From a bacterium (GTDB taxonomy: Bacteria; Patescibacteriota; Patescibacteriia; Patescibacteriales; UBA12465), in NCBI GenBank assembly GCA_035402825.1, contig DAONDZ010000005.1, positions 8,276 through 72,275 on the forward strand: DNA of 64,000 bases. Reading direction: 5' to 3'. The position numbers and the translations under genes were made by a program. The notes under the pieces were generated by a model. The model was given only the letters and a program-made list of their open reading frames with translations. It was not told the origin of the DNA and did no database searches. Below are positions 29,844 through 40,376 of the stretch, one piece after another. The stretch's first letter is position 1. Every line of letters starts with the position of its first letter.

Positions 29844-30422
29844 TTAACCAGATTTGCGATTAAACAATCGGCCGGAGAAACCGCGACTAGAAGAACCTTC
29901 GATCTTAGCATGGCCACGACGACCAAAGTTTCTCGGATCTTCTTCGCTCACCACTTCCTCGCTGGCTTTAACTGACTTCTTGGTGGACTTTATTTTTTCC
30001 GGAGCCGGAGCGGCCTTGGTATTAACCAAAGTCTCCAACTTCACCGGCTTCTCAGTCTTCATTTTCTTAGCCTCGCGCTTACCGCTATCTTTAATTTCGG
30101 CTAAGACCAAATCAATGTGACAAGAACGCTTGCGAATAGTGGTGGCGCGGCCATGGGCTCGCGGCATCCAACGCTTCAAAGTCTTGCCCTGATCAACTCT
30201 AATTTCTTTAATATATAAATTATTAGCGTCCAATTCAAAGTTATTTACCGCATTGGCAACGGCTGATTTAATCAGCTTGGCAATCGGATCAGTCGCCTTC
30301 TTGTTAGTGAAAGCCAATTGAGCCAAAGCTTTGTCGGTTTTCTGGTTGCGGATAAGATCCACGACTAAGCGAGCCTTGCGTTCGGAGATGCGTAAATTTT
30401 GTAATCTAGCCTTGATTTCCAT
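29844..30422 (-). CDS. rplV: 50S ribosomal protein L22 with C-terminal extension
   Basis: SERKARLV, PRAHGRA..IRKR. Confidence 0.96.
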   Translation of the reverse strand: MEIKARLQNLRISERKARLVVDLIRNQKTDKALAQLAFTNKKATDPIAKLIKSAVANAVNNFELDANNLYIKEIRVDQGKTLKRWMPRAHGRATTIRKRSCHIDLVLAEIKDSGKREAKKMKTEKPVKLETLVNTKAAPAPEKIKSTKKSVKASEEVVSEEDPRNFGRRGHAKIEGSSSRGFSGRLFNRKSG

Positions 30423-30431
30423 ATAATAAAA

Positions 30432-30710
30432 TTATTTTTTCTGCTCTTTAGCCATTTTGCCGCCATGAGAGACGAACTTTCTGGTATGGGAGAATTCACC
30501 CAAGCGATGACCAATCATATTTTCCACGATATAAACCGGGATATGTTGTTTGCCATTGTGAACGCCGATGGTGTAGTTGACCATTTCCGGAGTAACAGTG
30601 CAGGATCTATCCCAAGTCTTCACCACGGTCTTATCACCGGGAGTTAAAGCCTGTAATTTTTTGATTAATCTTTCGTTGATGTATGGTCCCTTTTTTAAAC
30701 TTCTCGCCAT
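30432..30710 (-). CDS. rpsS: 30S ribosomal protein S19
   Basis: RSLKKGPY, GHRLGEFS. Confidence 0.97.
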   Translation of the reverse strand: MARSLKKGPYINERLIKKLQALTPGDKTVVKTWDRSCTVTPEMVNYTIGVHNGKQHIPVYIVENMIGHRLGEFSHTRKFVSHGGKMAKEQKK

Positions 30711-30721
30711 ATTAATAAATA

Positions 30722-31558
30722 TTATTTATTTCTAGAACGACGCTTCACGATCAATTTATTGGAATGCTGGAACTTTCTAGTCTTAACTCCAGAAGCATGT
30801 TTGCCCCATAAAGTTTTCGGATATTTCAAACCAATAGATTGATTACCTTCACCACCGCCGTGCGGATGATCTTTCGGATTCATAGCGGTACCTCTGACAG
30901 TCGGACGAATGCCTAAGCGGCGATTGCGACCGGCGAAACCAATAACCAAGTGCATCCGATCCGGATTGCTGGCCTGGCCAACAGTACACAAACAGTCCTT
31001 CTTCACTAAACGGATTTCACCAGAGGGTAATTTTAATTGAGCATACTTACCTTCCACACCCATTACAGCCACAGTATTACCGGCACCGCGAGCGATTTGA
31101 CCGCCCTTGCCCGGTTCCAATTCAACGTTATAGACTCCAATACCAGCCGGAATATATTTCAAAGGCATAGCGTTGCCAGTCTTGATTTCAATTAATTCAT
31201 TGGAGCTTAGAATAACATCATTAACCTTCAAACCTACCGGAGCGATAATATAGCGCTTCTCGCCGTCGGCATAAGCCAACAAAGCTAGACGAGCACCGCG
31301 GTTCGGATCATATTCAATAGCTTTTACAGTTGCCGGTACGCCGAATTTTTCGCGTTTATAATCAACCACGCGCAAATAGCGCTTCACACCGCCGCCGCGA
31401 TGGCGAACAGTAATAGAACCCTGAGCATTGCGGCCACTGGTCTTTTTCTTAATAACTACCAAAGCCTTCTCCGGTTTCTTTTTAGTGATATCGGAAAAAT
31501 CGTCGAAAGTAATTTGGCGACGGCCCGGAGTAGTTGGTTTTACCTTTTTGATACCCAT
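30722..31558 (-). CDS. rplB: 50S ribosomal protein L2
   Basis: [23 protein letters not shown]. Confidence 0.98.
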   Translation of the reverse strand: MGIKKVKPTTPGRRQITFDDFSDITKKKPEKALVVIKKKTSGRNAQGSITVRHRGGGVKRYLRVVDYKREKFGVPATVKAIEYDPNRGARLALLAYADGEKRYIIAPVGLKVNDVILSSNELIEIKTGNAMPLKYIPAGIGVYNVELEPGKGGQIARGAGNTVAVMGVEGKYAQLKLPSGEIRLVKKDCLCTVGQASNPDRMHLVIGFAGRNRRLGIRPTVRGTAMNPKDHPHGGGEGNQSIGLKYPKTLWGKHASGVKTRKFQHSNKLIVKRRSRNK

Positions 31559-31570
31559 ATTGATAATTCT

Positions 31571-32005
31571 TTAAACACCTTCGTAAATTTGAATGCTATC
31601 GTTCTTAGCTAAAGTAACAATCGCTTTGCGGATATTGCTTCTCACGCCGACAGTGCGACCGCGATAGACTTTCTTGCCTTTAATATTAACAATATTAACG
31701 CTTAAAGGTTTAACACCGTAAACAGCAGTAATAGCTTTAGCCACTTCAATCTTGTTAGCGCCTCTAGCCACCATAAAAACATATTGGTTGTGAGCGCTCA
31801 AGTTGGTAGCTTTTTCAGTCACCACCGGCTTCAATAAGATTCTGTCTGCCCGGGTACCGATCTTCTTCTTGGATACAGCGCTCTTAGCCGCTTTTTCACC
31901 AGCATACAAATCCTTCATGGAAGAATCTTTCTTCTCCGCCTTCACCGCTTCTTTAGCGGCCGGCTGCTTGTCATCTTCTTTAGTTTTTTTGTTGAATATT
32001 GCCAT
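31571..32005 (-). CDS. rplW: 50S ribosomal protein L23 with N-terminal extension
   Basis: PVVTEKA, ANKIEV, RKAIVTL. Confidence 0.95.
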   Translation of the reverse strand: MAIFNKKTKEDDKQPAAKEAVKAEKKDSSMKDLYAGEKAAKSAVSKKKIGTRADRILLKPVVTEKATNLSAHNQYVFMVARGANKIEVAKAITAVYGVKPLSVNIVNIKGKKVYRGRTVGVRSNIRKAIVTLAKNDSIQIYEGV

Positions 32006-32013
32006 ATGCCGGA

Positions 32014-32664
32014 TTATTTAAGATAAGTTTGCTCTAGTTTTTTGAGGCCAGCTTGGCTCAAAACCAAATTACGGTAATGGAGCAAATCTAAAATATTAAT
32101 ATTTTCCAAATTGATAATTTCAACATCCGCCAAATTGCGAGTGGAATATTTTAAAGCTTCCGACTTGTCGTCGTTAATCATCAAAACACTGCGTCGCGGA
32201 TTCTGCCAAACTTTAGTTTCTAAATTCTTCACCAAAGTATTGATAGCTTTAGTTTTAAATTCTTTAACTTCCAAGCTATCCAAAACTACCAAACCGTTGG
32301 TTTTAACCTTATCAGACAAAACCATGAACAAAGCCTTCTGCTTCATCTTCTGGTTGATATTCTTTTTAAAATTGCGATCTTTACGCGGACCAAAAGTGAT
32401 ACCGCCACCAATCCATAACGGAGAACGGCTGGAACCGGAACGAGCGCGACCAGTTCCCTTTTGTCGCCACGGCTTCTTACCGCCGCCGCGAACTTCAGAC
32501 TTAGTTTTAGTATGAGCTAGAACTTGGCGTTCATTGCCCATTTGAGCCACCATAGCTTGATGAACTAAATCATTGTTCACTTCAACGCCAAAAATTTTTT
32601 CCGATAAATCCAAATTACCGACCGATTCTGCTTTAGAATTGTATAAATTAATCTTGATAGCCAT
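32014..32664 (-). CDS. rplD: 50S ribosomal protein L4
   Basis: KPWRQKGTGRAR. Confidence 0.97.
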   Translation of the reverse strand: MAIKINLYNSKAESVGNLDLSEKIFGVEVNNDLVHQAMVAQMGNERQVLAHTKTKSEVRGGGKKPWRQKGTGRARSGSSRSPLWIGGGITFGPRKDRNFKKNINQKMKQKALFMVLSDKVKTNGLVVLDSLEVKEFKTKAINTLVKNLETKVWQNPRRSVLMINDDKSEALKYSTRNLADVEIINLENINILDLLHYRNLVLSQAGLKKLEQTYLK

Positions 32665-32668
32665 AAAA

Positions 32669-33466
32669 TTAAGCTTCTTTATTTTCTACCTGCTCCTCAA
32701 CTGGAGCTTCTTCGGTCTTAGCTTCTTCTGCTGCCGGAGTTTCCTCAACTACCGGAGCGGCCTCGACAACATCTTCTGAGGCGGTAACTACCACTTCTTC
32801 ATTTACTTCTACCGGAGCGACAGCTTCTTGAGGCTGAGCAATTTTTAATTCACCAGCTCCTTTAACAATCACTAAGGAATTAGTGGCACCCGGCAAAGCA
32901 CCTTTGATATATAAAATGTTGTTAGCTTCATCAATGGAAACTACTTCCAAATTTCTGGTAGTCACTTGTTCGTCTCCCATATGGCCACCCATGCGAGTGC
33001 CTTTGAAAACGTGAGCCGGACCCTTCGGACCTACAGAACCGGAATGTCTTTCTTGATCTTTATTACCATGAGTTTTTCTGAAACCATGGAAGCCATGACG
33101 CTTCACCACGCCCTGGAAACCTTTACCCTTAGAAACACCGGTCACAGCGACAATGTCGCCAGCAGCAAAAGTATCAACTTTCACCACATCACCCAATTTT
33201 ACTTCCGGCAAAGATTCTACGCGGAATTCGCGCAAATGGCGGATATTTTTAGATTGAGATTTTAATAAATGGCCCAACTGCGGTTTTCTGATATTCTTTT
33301 CTTTGCGGAAACCAAAACCTAACTGCAAAGCTTCATAGCCGTCATTATCTTTATTCTTAATTTGAGTGACCACACAAGGGCCGGCGGCTACCGGAGTAAC
33401 TGCCACCACCTTATCATTCACCCAAACCTGGGTCATATTTAATTTGTTTCCTAAAATGAATTTCAT
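32669..33466 (-). CDS. rplC: 50S ribosomal protein L3 with acidic tail
   Basis: SKGKGFQGVVKRHG, MGGHMG. Confidence 0.97.
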   Translation of the reverse strand: MKFILGNKLNMTQVWVNDKVVAVTPVAAGPCVVTQIKNKDNDGYEALQLGFGFRKEKNIRKPQLGHLLKSQSKNIRHLREFRVESLPEVKLGDVVKVDTFAAGDIVAVTGVSKGKGFQGVVKRHGFHGFRKTHGNKDQERHSGSVGPKGPAHVFKGTRMGGHMGDEQVTTRNLEVVSIDEANNILYIKGALPGATNSLVIVKGAGELKIAQPQEAVAPVEVNEEVVVTASEDVVEAAPVVEETPAAEEAKTEEAPVEEQVENKEA

Positions 33467-33480
33467 AACAAGCGATTAGA

Positions 33481-33592
33481 AAAAATAAAAACTGGTTGGG
33501 TAAACCAGCTTGAACCATTATTGTTAAACACAATTGGGAACCGGAAACGACCGGCGCAAATGTTATTTAATTTTTTGGTTTGGTTTACCTCC
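33481..33592 (-). promoter_or_regulatory. Candidate attenuator between rpsJ and rplC
   Basis: Terminator CTGGTT-TACCC-AACCAG plus U tract, overlapped by an alternative 9-bp helix GGTAAACCA/TGGTTTACC. Confidence 0.55.
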
Positions 33593-33681
33593 TAAGAGCT
33601 TTTCCCTTAATTTAAAGCATTTTCCAAAAATAGAATTACTTTAAACGAATAAAAAAGCTAAAATATTTCAACGAATATAGT

Positions 33682-34026
33682 TTACTGCATTTTAATCTCC
33701 AAGTCAACCCCGGCCGGCAAGCTCAGATTGGTTAAATCCTCGATTGTCTTTTGGTTCGGATCAACAATGTCAATCAAGCGTTTATGAACTCTCATTTCGT
33801 ACTGATCCCGAGCATTCTTATGGACGAAAGTGGAACGATTAACGGTATATTTCCGTTTCTCGGTCGGCAACGGGATAGGCCCAAAAATTTGAGCATCAGT
33901 CCGTTGGGCAGTTTCCATAATAGTCTTGGTGGATTGATCAATAATCTTGTGATCAAACGCTTTGATCTTGATGCGAATACGCTGTTTTTCGCCTTCTTTT
34001 TCTTTGGTTTTTTTAGTTTCTGCCAT
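33682..34026 (-). CDS. rpsJ: 30S ribosomal protein S10
   Basis: [25 protein letters not shown]. Confidence 0.97.
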   Translation of the reverse strand: MAETKKTKEKEGEKQRIRIKIKAFDHKIIDQSTKTIMETAQRTDAQIFGPIPLPTEKRKYTVNRSTFVHKNARDQYEMRVHKRLIDIVDPNQKTIEDLTNLSLPAGVDLEIKMQ

Positions 34027-34091
34027 AGATATAATGTGCTTTTAAATAAACACTACAAGCTCGCTCTAGAAATTAGAGCGAGCCTAAGTGA

Positions 34092-35279
34092 CTACTTGAT
34101 AATCTTAGTAACTACACCGGCGCCAACAGTGCGACCACCTTCGCGGATAGCAAATCTCTGCTTTTCCTCAAGAGCAATCGGAGCGATTAATTTGACAGTC
34201 AAATTAACGGTATCGCCAGGCATAATCATTTCGGTGCCAGCCGGTAACTCAATCTCACCGGTAACATCAGTGGTGCGGATGTAAAATTGCGGCTTATAAC
34301 CCTTGAAGAAAGGTTTATGGCGGCCACCTTCATCCTTACCCAAAATATAAACTTCAGCTTCAAAATCAGTATGCGGAGAAACAGAACCCGGTTTGGCTAA
34401 AACCTGACCGCGCTCTACATCTTCTCTCTTGGTGCCGCGGATTAATAAACCAGCGTTATCACCAGCCATACCTTTTTCTAACTGCTTGTTAAACATTTCA
34501 ATACCGATAACGGTAGTTTTCTTGGTGTCCATTAAACCGACGATTTCAACTTCTTCGCCGATCTTAATTTCACCTCTTTCAATTCTACCAGTTACCACGG
34601 TACCACGACCTTCAATGGAGAAAATATCTTCCACCGGCATCAAGAACGGTTTGTCGGTTTCACGTTTCGGTTCTGGGATAAACTCATCCAAAGCCTTTAA
34701 TAAATCAAGGATCGGCTGAGCATCCGGACCGGTCGGGTTTTCCAAAGCTTTCAAAGCGGAACCACGGATAATCGGAGTGGTATCGCCCGGGAATTCCCAT
34801 TTCTTCAATAAATCGCGGATTTCTTCTTCCACTAGATCAATCAATTCTTTGTCTTCAACCATATCGCATTTGTTCAAGAAGACAACGATATAAGGCACGC
34901 CAACCTGACGAGCTAATAGGATGTGTTCGCGAGTCTGAGGCATAGGGCCGTCAGTAGCAGCGACCACCAAGATAGCACCGTCCATCTGAGCGGCGCCAGT
35001 GATCATGTTTTTGACATAATCAGCATGTCCCGGACAGTCAACGTGAGCATAGTGACGAGTAGCAGTTTCATACTCCTGGTGAGAAGTAGCAATGGTAATA
35101 CCTCTTTGTTTCTCTTCCGGGGCATTATCAATGTCATTAACACCTTTTTTGGTAGCTTTCATACCCTGAGCAGTAGCTACGTTTAAAATAGCGGCGGTCA
35201 AGGTAGTTTTGCCATGGTCAACGTGGCCGATAGTACCGACATTGACATGGGGCTTACTTCTTTGAAAAACTTCTGCCAT
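34092..35279 (-). CDS. tuf: Elongation factor Tu
   Basis: [24 protein letters not shown]. Confidence 0.99.
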   Translation of the reverse strand: MAEVFQRSKPHVNVGTIGHVDHGKTTLTAAILNVATAQGMKATKKGVNDIDNAPEEKQRGITIATSHQEYETATRHYAHVDCPGHADYVKNMITGAAQMDGAILVVAATDGPMPQTREHILLARQVGVPYIVVFLNKCDMVEDKELIDLVEEEIRDLLKKWEFPGDTTPIIRGSALKALENPTGPDAQPILDLLKALDEFIPEPKRETDKPFLMPVEDIFSIEGRGTVVTGRIERGEIKIGEEVEIVGLMDTKKTTVIGIEMFNKQLEKGMAGDNAGLLIRGTKREDVERGQVLAKPGSVSPHTDFEAEVYILGKDEGGRHKPFFKGYKPQFYIRTTDVTGEIELPAGTEMIMPGDTVNLTVKLIAPIALEEKQRFAIREGGRTVGAGVVTKIIK

Positions 35280-35372
35280 GTTTTTTATTAACGACCTCCT
35301 TAAAATAAAGAGTTATTTGCCTTTTAAAGACAACCAGTCGTTATCGTTAATTATTTTTAATTTATTAGTAAT

Positions 35373-35726
35373 TTATTGTTTCGCTTCGTCAATTTCGGAA
35401 GCAACCTCTTTGATCTCTTTCGGGATCTGCCAATTGTTGCTTTTAAAGCGATTTTTTAACACTTGGGCGCTAGAATAAATGTTTTCTTTAGGAAAACCTT
35501 CACCGCTCCCAGTATTATTATTGGGTTTTTCACTCACTTGGACTATTTTATCAGCAATATCTCCCCCTGTCAAGGCAGAGTTTTCCACTGCTAAGCCCAA
35601 TAAACCCTCATATTCATCTAAAGGCATGACCACAAAACTAGTGTCCGGGACGGAGTTATCAAACACCACTACCCTATCACCAGTTTTCTTGGCTAATTTT
35701 AGTACTTTTTGCAATCTGTCGGACAT
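35373..35726 (-). CDS. Hypothetical protein with Phd/YefM-like N-terminus
   Basis: LKLAKKTGDRVVVF..FVVMPLDEYEGL resembles the Phd/YefM fold pattern; fills the fusA-tuf gap. Confidence 0.65.
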   Translation of the reverse strand: MSDRLQKVLKLAKKTGDRVVVFDNSVPDTSFVVMPLDEYEGLLGLAVENSALTGGDIADKIVQVSEKPNNNTGSGEGFPKENIYSSAQVLKNRFKSNNWQIPKEIKEVASEIDEAKQ

Positions 35727-35743
35727 AAAAGTTCTAAATTAAA

Positions 35744-37822
35744 TTATTTAGCGCCTTTCTCCTTGATCTGCTCCAAAATATTGCGCGGAACCTCGCTATA
35801 ATGCAAGAACTCCATGCTGTAATTAGCTCGGCCTTGGCTCATGGAGCGCAAAGAAGTGGCATAGCCAAACATTTCAGCTAACGGCACTTTAGCGCGCACC
35901 AATTTGATATTAGCTCGATCGGACATTTCATCAATCTGACCGCGCTTGGCATTCAAATCGCCAATAATATTGCCCATATATTCTTCCGGAGTGGTAACTT
36001 CCACTTTCATCACCGGTTCTAACATTACCGGCTTAGCTTTTTGACAAGCATCCTTGAAAGCGAAAATACCAGCCATTTTAAAGGCAGCTTCAGAAGAGTC
36101 AACTTCATGATATGATCCATCAAAAACAGTCACTTTGACGTCCACCATCGGATAGCCGGCCAAGACACCGGAGGTCATAGCCTCGCGGACACCTTTTTCA
36201 ATAGCCGGAATATATTCTCGCGGCACAACACCGCCTTTAACTTCATCCACAAATTCATAGCCCTTGCCTTCTTCTTGCGGTTCAACTCTGAGCCAGCAAT
36301 CACCATATTGACCACGGCCGCCGGACTGTTTAACATATTTGCCCTGAGCCTCAGCCTTGTCTCTAATAGTTTCACGATAGGATACCTGCGGTTTGCCGAT
36401 ATTAGCTTCCACACCGAATTCTCTCTTCATGCGATCAACAATGATATCCAAATGCAATTCTCCCATACCGGAGATTAAAGTCTGTCCAGATTCTTCATCG
36501 GTTTCCACACGGAAAGTCGGATCTTCTTCAGCCAAACGAGCCAAAGCCACACCCATCTTTTCTTGGTCAGCTTTAGTCTTCGGTTCCACGGCGATTTTAA
36601 TCACCGGTTCCGGGAATTTAATAGTTTCCAAAAGCATCGGCTTATCTTCGGCGCATAAAGTATTGCCAGTGGTAGTATCTTTCAAACCAATTACCGCTGC
36701 GATATCGCCGGCATAAACTTCTTTAATTTCTTCCCGATGATTAGCGTGCATGCGCACCAAACGGCCAACTCTTTCTTTGTTGCCGGTGGAAGCATTGACA
36801 ATATAAGAACCGGACTGCAATACGCCTTGATAAACGCGGACGAAACAAAGTTTGCCCACGAAAGGATCGGTAGCGATCTTAAAAGCTAGACCAACGAAAG
36901 AAGCATTGTCTTCCGGTTTGACCGGATATTTTTTCTCTTCGTCTCTAACATCATTAGCGGTAATTTCCGGAACGTCCAAAGGAGAAGGTAAATATTCGCA
37001 AACTGCATCCAAAGCTAATTGCACGCCGATATTCTGCAAAGCAGTGCCGCAGATTACCGGATAGCAACCATTAGCGATAACACCTTTGCGTAAAGCGGAT
37101 TTTAATTCTTCTAGAGTGATCTCTTCCCCGTTCAAATATTTTTCAGTCAAAGTATCATTAAACTCGGCAATTTTTTCTACGGCCAAAGCGCGATATTTAT
37201 CCACGTCAGCCTTCATGTCTTCCGGAATCGGAACTTCAATTAATTTCTCGCCGAAAGCACCTTCAAAATGAAAAGCCTTCATCTCTAAAAGGTCAACTAC
37301 GCCGACTAAATCAGATTCAGCGCCTATCGGCAATTGAATGGCAAAAGCGTTGGAATTCAAGCGAGTTTGAATAGATTTCAAGCTCATATAGAAATCAGCG
37401 CCCATTTTATCCATTTTATTGACGAAGCATAAGCGCGGCACCTGGTATTTATCAGCCTGACGCCAAACAGTTTCCGATTGCGGTTCTACACCGGCCTGGC
37501 CGTCAAAAACAGCGATAGCGCCGTCTAAAACGCGCAAGGAGCGCTCTACTTCCACGGTGAAATCTACGTGGCCGGGAGTATCAATAATATTGATTTTATT
37601 GTCGCGCCAAAAGCAAGTGGTGGCGGCGGAAGTAATAGTGATGCCTCTTTCTTTTTCTTGTTCCATCCAATCCATTTCTGCGGCGCCTTCATGCACTTCG
37701 CCAATCTTGTGTTTCTTGCCGGTGTAAAACAAAACCCGCTCGGTAAAAGTAGTTTTACCAGCGTCAATGTGAGCCATGATGCCAATATTTCTGATCTTAT
37801 CAAGAGAAAAATCTCGGGCCAT
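35744..37822 (-). CDS. fusA: Elongation factor G
   Basis: [27 protein letters not shown]. Confidence 0.99.
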   Translation of the reverse strand: MARDFSLDKIRNIGIMAHIDAGKTTFTERVLFYTGKKHKIGEVHEGAAEMDWMEQEKERGITITSAATTCFWRDNKINIIDTPGHVDFTVEVERSLRVLDGAIAVFDGQAGVEPQSETVWRQADKYQVPRLCFVNKMDKMGADFYMSLKSIQTRLNSNAFAIQLPIGAESDLVGVVDLLEMKAFHFEGAFGEKLIEVPIPEDMKADVDKYRALAVEKIAEFNDTLTEKYLNGEEITLEELKSALRKGVIANGCYPVICGTALQNIGVQLALDAVCEYLPSPLDVPEITANDVRDEEKKYPVKPEDNASFVGLAFKIATDPFVGKLCFVRVYQGVLQSGSYIVNASTGNKERVGRLVRMHANHREEIKEVYAGDIAAVIGLKDTTTGNTLCAEDKPMLLETIKFPEPVIKIAVEPKTKADQEKMGVALARLAEEDPTFRVETDEESGQTLISGMGELHLDIIVDRMKREFGVEANIGKPQVSYRETIRDKAEAQGKYVKQSGGRGQYGDCWLRVEPQEEGKGYEFVDEVKGGVVPREYIPAIEKGVREAMTSGVLAGYPMVDVKVTVFDGSYHEVDSSEAAFKMAGIFAFKDACQKAKPVMLEPVMKVEVTTPEEYMGNIIGDLNAKRGQIDEMSDRANIKLVRAKVPLAEMFGYATSLRSMSQGRANYSMEFLHYSEVPRNILEQIKEKGAK

Positions 37823-37848
37823 AAAATTATGTAAAAATTATTGATTAA

Positions 37849-38316
37849 TTAACGAGAGAAATGAGCGAAAGCCTTGTTGGCTTCAGCCATGCGATGAACA
37901 GACTCACGCTTTTTGATAGCGTTGCCCTCACCATTAGAAGCATCTAGAATTTCCGCAGCCAACTTTTCTTCCATGGAATGACCCCGGCGTTCGTTAGCAG
38001 CGTCTATCAACCAATAGCAAGCCAAATAATAACGGCGTTCGCCGCGAACCTGAACCGGCACCTGATAGTTGGCACCGCCGACGCGCTTGCTTCTGACTTC
38101 CACCAAAGGAGAAACCCTCTTGATCGCCTTATTAAAAATATGGCGCGGGTCTTGCTTGGTCTTGTCTTTGATAATATTAAAAGCACTGTAGATAATATTT
38201 TGAGCTACAGCTTTCTTGCCGTCCTTCATCAAGTAGTTGATCAATTTGGCAATACTAGGATCGCTATATTTTAAGTCCCCTTCAATTTTTCTAATGGGGG
38301 CGGCTTTTCCACGCAT
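37849..38316 (-). CDS. rpsG: 30S ribosomal protein S7
   Basis: RVGGANYQVP, MAEANKAFAH. Confidence 0.98.
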   Translation of the reverse strand: MRGKAAPIRKIEGDLKYSDPSIAKLINYLMKDGKKAVAQNIIYSAFNIIKDKTKQDPRHIFNKAIKRVSPLVEVRSKRVGGANYQVPVQVRGERRYYLACYWLIDAANERRGHSMEEKLAAEILDASNGEGNAIKKRESVHRMAEANKAFAHFSR

Positions 38317-38384
38317 AGATTAAGTGATTTTAAGTACTCAGCTATAAGTAAATAAAACCGATATTAAGTAAATTTAATGACTAA

Positions 38385-38804
38385 TTATTTTTTCGGACGC
38401 TTGTTGCCGTAAAGACTGCGGCCCTGGCGACGAGATTCTACACCCTGGGTGTCATAGACGCCGCGGATGATTTTATAGCGCAAACCAGGTAAATCTTTGG
38501 TCTTTCCACCCTTCAAGAGCACGATGGAGTGTTCCTGCAAGTTATGACCGATACCGGGGATATAAGCAGTAACTTCCATGCCGTTAGACAGTTTGACTCT
38601 GGCAATTTTTCGTAAAGCGGAGTTCGGTTTCTTCGGAGTCATGGTGGTCACCTTTAAGCAGACCCCCTGTTTGAACGGAGAGCCCTTTTTATCCACTTTT
38701 TTGCGGCGATGCAAGGAATCAAAACGAGTGCGTAAAGCCAAGGTTTTAGTCCTTTTTTTCTTTTCTCCGCGCCCTTTTCGTACCAATTGGTTAATAGTTG
38801 GCAT
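38385..38804 (-). CDS. rpsL: 30S ribosomal protein S12
   Basis: [25 protein letters not shown]. Confidence 0.98.
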   Translation of the reverse strand: MPTINQLVRKGRGEKKKRTKTLALRTRFDSLHRRKKVDKKGSPFKQGVCLKVTTMTPKKPNSALRKIARVKLSNGMEVTAYIPGIGHNLQEHSIVLLKGGKTKDLPGLRYKIIRGVYDTQGVESRRQGRSLYGNKRPKK

Positions 38805-38894
38805 AATGAAATTAAAACGGCGAATCAGCTATAATTCGCTTTAATTAAAAAATATTAAATAAATCCTGAAAACAGGATAATTTATCTGTCCCCT

Positions 38895-38927
38895 ACTTTA
38901 ACAAAAACCCCTAATGAAGTCAAGGGG
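38895..38927 (-). promoter_or_regulatory. Sigma70 promoter of the str operon, with CCCCT-N10-AGGGG over the -35
   Basis: TTGACT-17 bp-TAAAGT. Confidence 0.7.
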
Positions 38928-38961
38928 AAATCCCCTTTATCGCCTCATAAATTGCCTAATA

Positions 38962-38990
38962 TTGACATAATTAGACAAATATGCTATAGT
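38962..38990 (+). promoter_or_regulatory. Sigma70 promoter of the divergent secreted-protein gene
   Basis: TTGACA-17 bp-TATAGT with TG extension. Confidence 0.75.
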
Positions 38991-39034
38991 ATACAGACAA
39001 ATAGTCGCGAACATTCACAACAAAATCCAGAAAA

Positions 39035-39892
39035 ATGAAAAAATTGATCAGCATTGCCCTATTGGTAGTCTTCAGCACTGCCGCCTTTAGCCAGATAAAT
39101 GATGTAAAACTGGACAGCAACCTCACCATTAACAAGATCTATGTCGGGATCTTAAATACCACGGCCTTCAACACCGAAGCAGCTACAGTCACCAACAATT
39201 TTAGCTTCAGGGTTGGCACCATGGCTACCTGGCAGACCACAAAATGGATGAAGGTGAAGGCTTTTGCCACTTTGGACTATAGCGACGGGACAGCCACGCC
39301 AATTAATTCATTCTCAGTAAAATTCCATAACAAGAAAGAAGGTTTTGGAGTTGAACTGGGTTATATGGCCACCCCCGCCACCGAAAGCCGTCCTTTGCCT
39401 CCCAGCGCCGCCGGACATTTTGAAACATTCACCGAAGCCAATATTCCCGGTAGTGCCTTAGGCATAAAAACCGGGGTAAAAATTGGTAAAACCACCACGC
39501 TTTCCGCCGGGGTATGCGCCAGGAACAAAGAAGCCGAATATCATCTGCGTTTTGGTTCTAAAGTAGTTGATCTCTCGGTATTCGCTAATCCCACCTCCCA
39601 GGAATTCGGCGGAGTGTCGGTAATCAAAGCTGGTCCGGTCTATAATACCACCGTATTTAAAAATAAAGTTGCCGAAAACTTTTTCGCCAACTTTACAAAT
39701 GTTGAACTTAACAAGAAGAAAGACATTTGCTGGTATTTAGATTTCGGCTATCAGATTGACACCAAAGAAGTAAAACGGTTGGAAACTGGTCTGTTCAAAA
39801 CCTTTTCCAGTAAATGGGTCAACGGACTCGTTTGCCTGGGATATAGGCACGAAAACAAATCAGTCTGTGGATATTTATTCGTCCACCTCTAA
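39035..39892 (+). CDS. Secreted beta-strand-rich protein (beta-barrel-like)
   Basis: Signal peptide MKKLISIALLVVFSTAAFS/Q; alternating amphipathic strands; ends GYLFVHL. Confidence 0.75.
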   Translation: MKKLISIALLVVFSTAAFSQINDVKLDSNLTINKIYVGILNTTAFNTEAATVTNNFSFRVGTMATWQTTKWMKVKAFATLDYSDGTATPINSFSVKFHNKKEGFGVELGYMATPATESRPLPPSAAGHFETFTEANIPGSALGIKTGVKIGKTTTLSAGVCARNKEAEYHLRFGSKVVDLSVFANPTSQEFGGVSVIKAGPVYNTTVFKNKVAENFFANFTNVELNKKKDICWYLDFGYQIDTKEVKRLETGLFKTFSSKWVNGLVCLGYRHENKSVCGYLFVHL

Positions 39893-39943
39893 CTGATACC
39901 ACAAGAATCTTTTCAAAAAGCCTTGCCACAAAGCAAGGTTTTT

Positions 39944-40375
39944 TTATATCAAAAAGAAAATGGCAAAGAGAACAATAGTAAAAATCAGCTCCGCTCGAGA
40001 ATAATAACCGATGAATCCCTTAGTATTCCATTTCTTGAGAGGAAAAAGAGGATAAAAATCAGAGTTATCTACCGCATCCAGCAGGAAGTGTCCCAAATAA
40101 CCTAAACCAAAAACTAACCCGATTTTTAGGCTAAAAATACACAAAATACCAGTAATTACCCCCCAAGCGATAAAGCTATGCAAATAGCTGCGGCCGCTGC
40201 CATGGACACTTTTAGTCCGGGCCAAAAACTTTTTCACGCTACCCAATGCCCCTTCCCGGGCATAAGGGACCAGGTGGTCCAAATCAATCGCCACTGAGCT
40301 AATAATGGCCGTAGGATAATCACCGGTTAATTTGCCGATAATCAATCCGGCGGCTAAATGGGCTGTAGTATACAT
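39944..40375 (-). CDS. Membrane metal-dependent hydrolase (YdjM-like)
   Basis: N-terminal H, IDLDH, RSYLHS, GHFLLD. Confidence 0.85.
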   Translation of the reverse strand: MYTTAHLAAGLIIGKLTGDYPTAIISSVAIDLDHLVPYAREGALGSVKKFLARTKSVHGSGRSYLHSFIAWGVITGILCIFSLKIGLVFGLGYLGHFLLDAVDNSDFYPLFPLKKWNTKGFIGYYSRAELIFTIVLFAIFFLI

Positions 40376-40376
40376 A

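Noticed and set aside
34058-34083. Perfect hairpin GCTCGCTCTA-GAAAT-TAGAGCGAGC between tuf and rpsJ as a REP/MITE
   Set aside because: Only one copy seen; more simply an mRNA-stabilising or weak terminator stem
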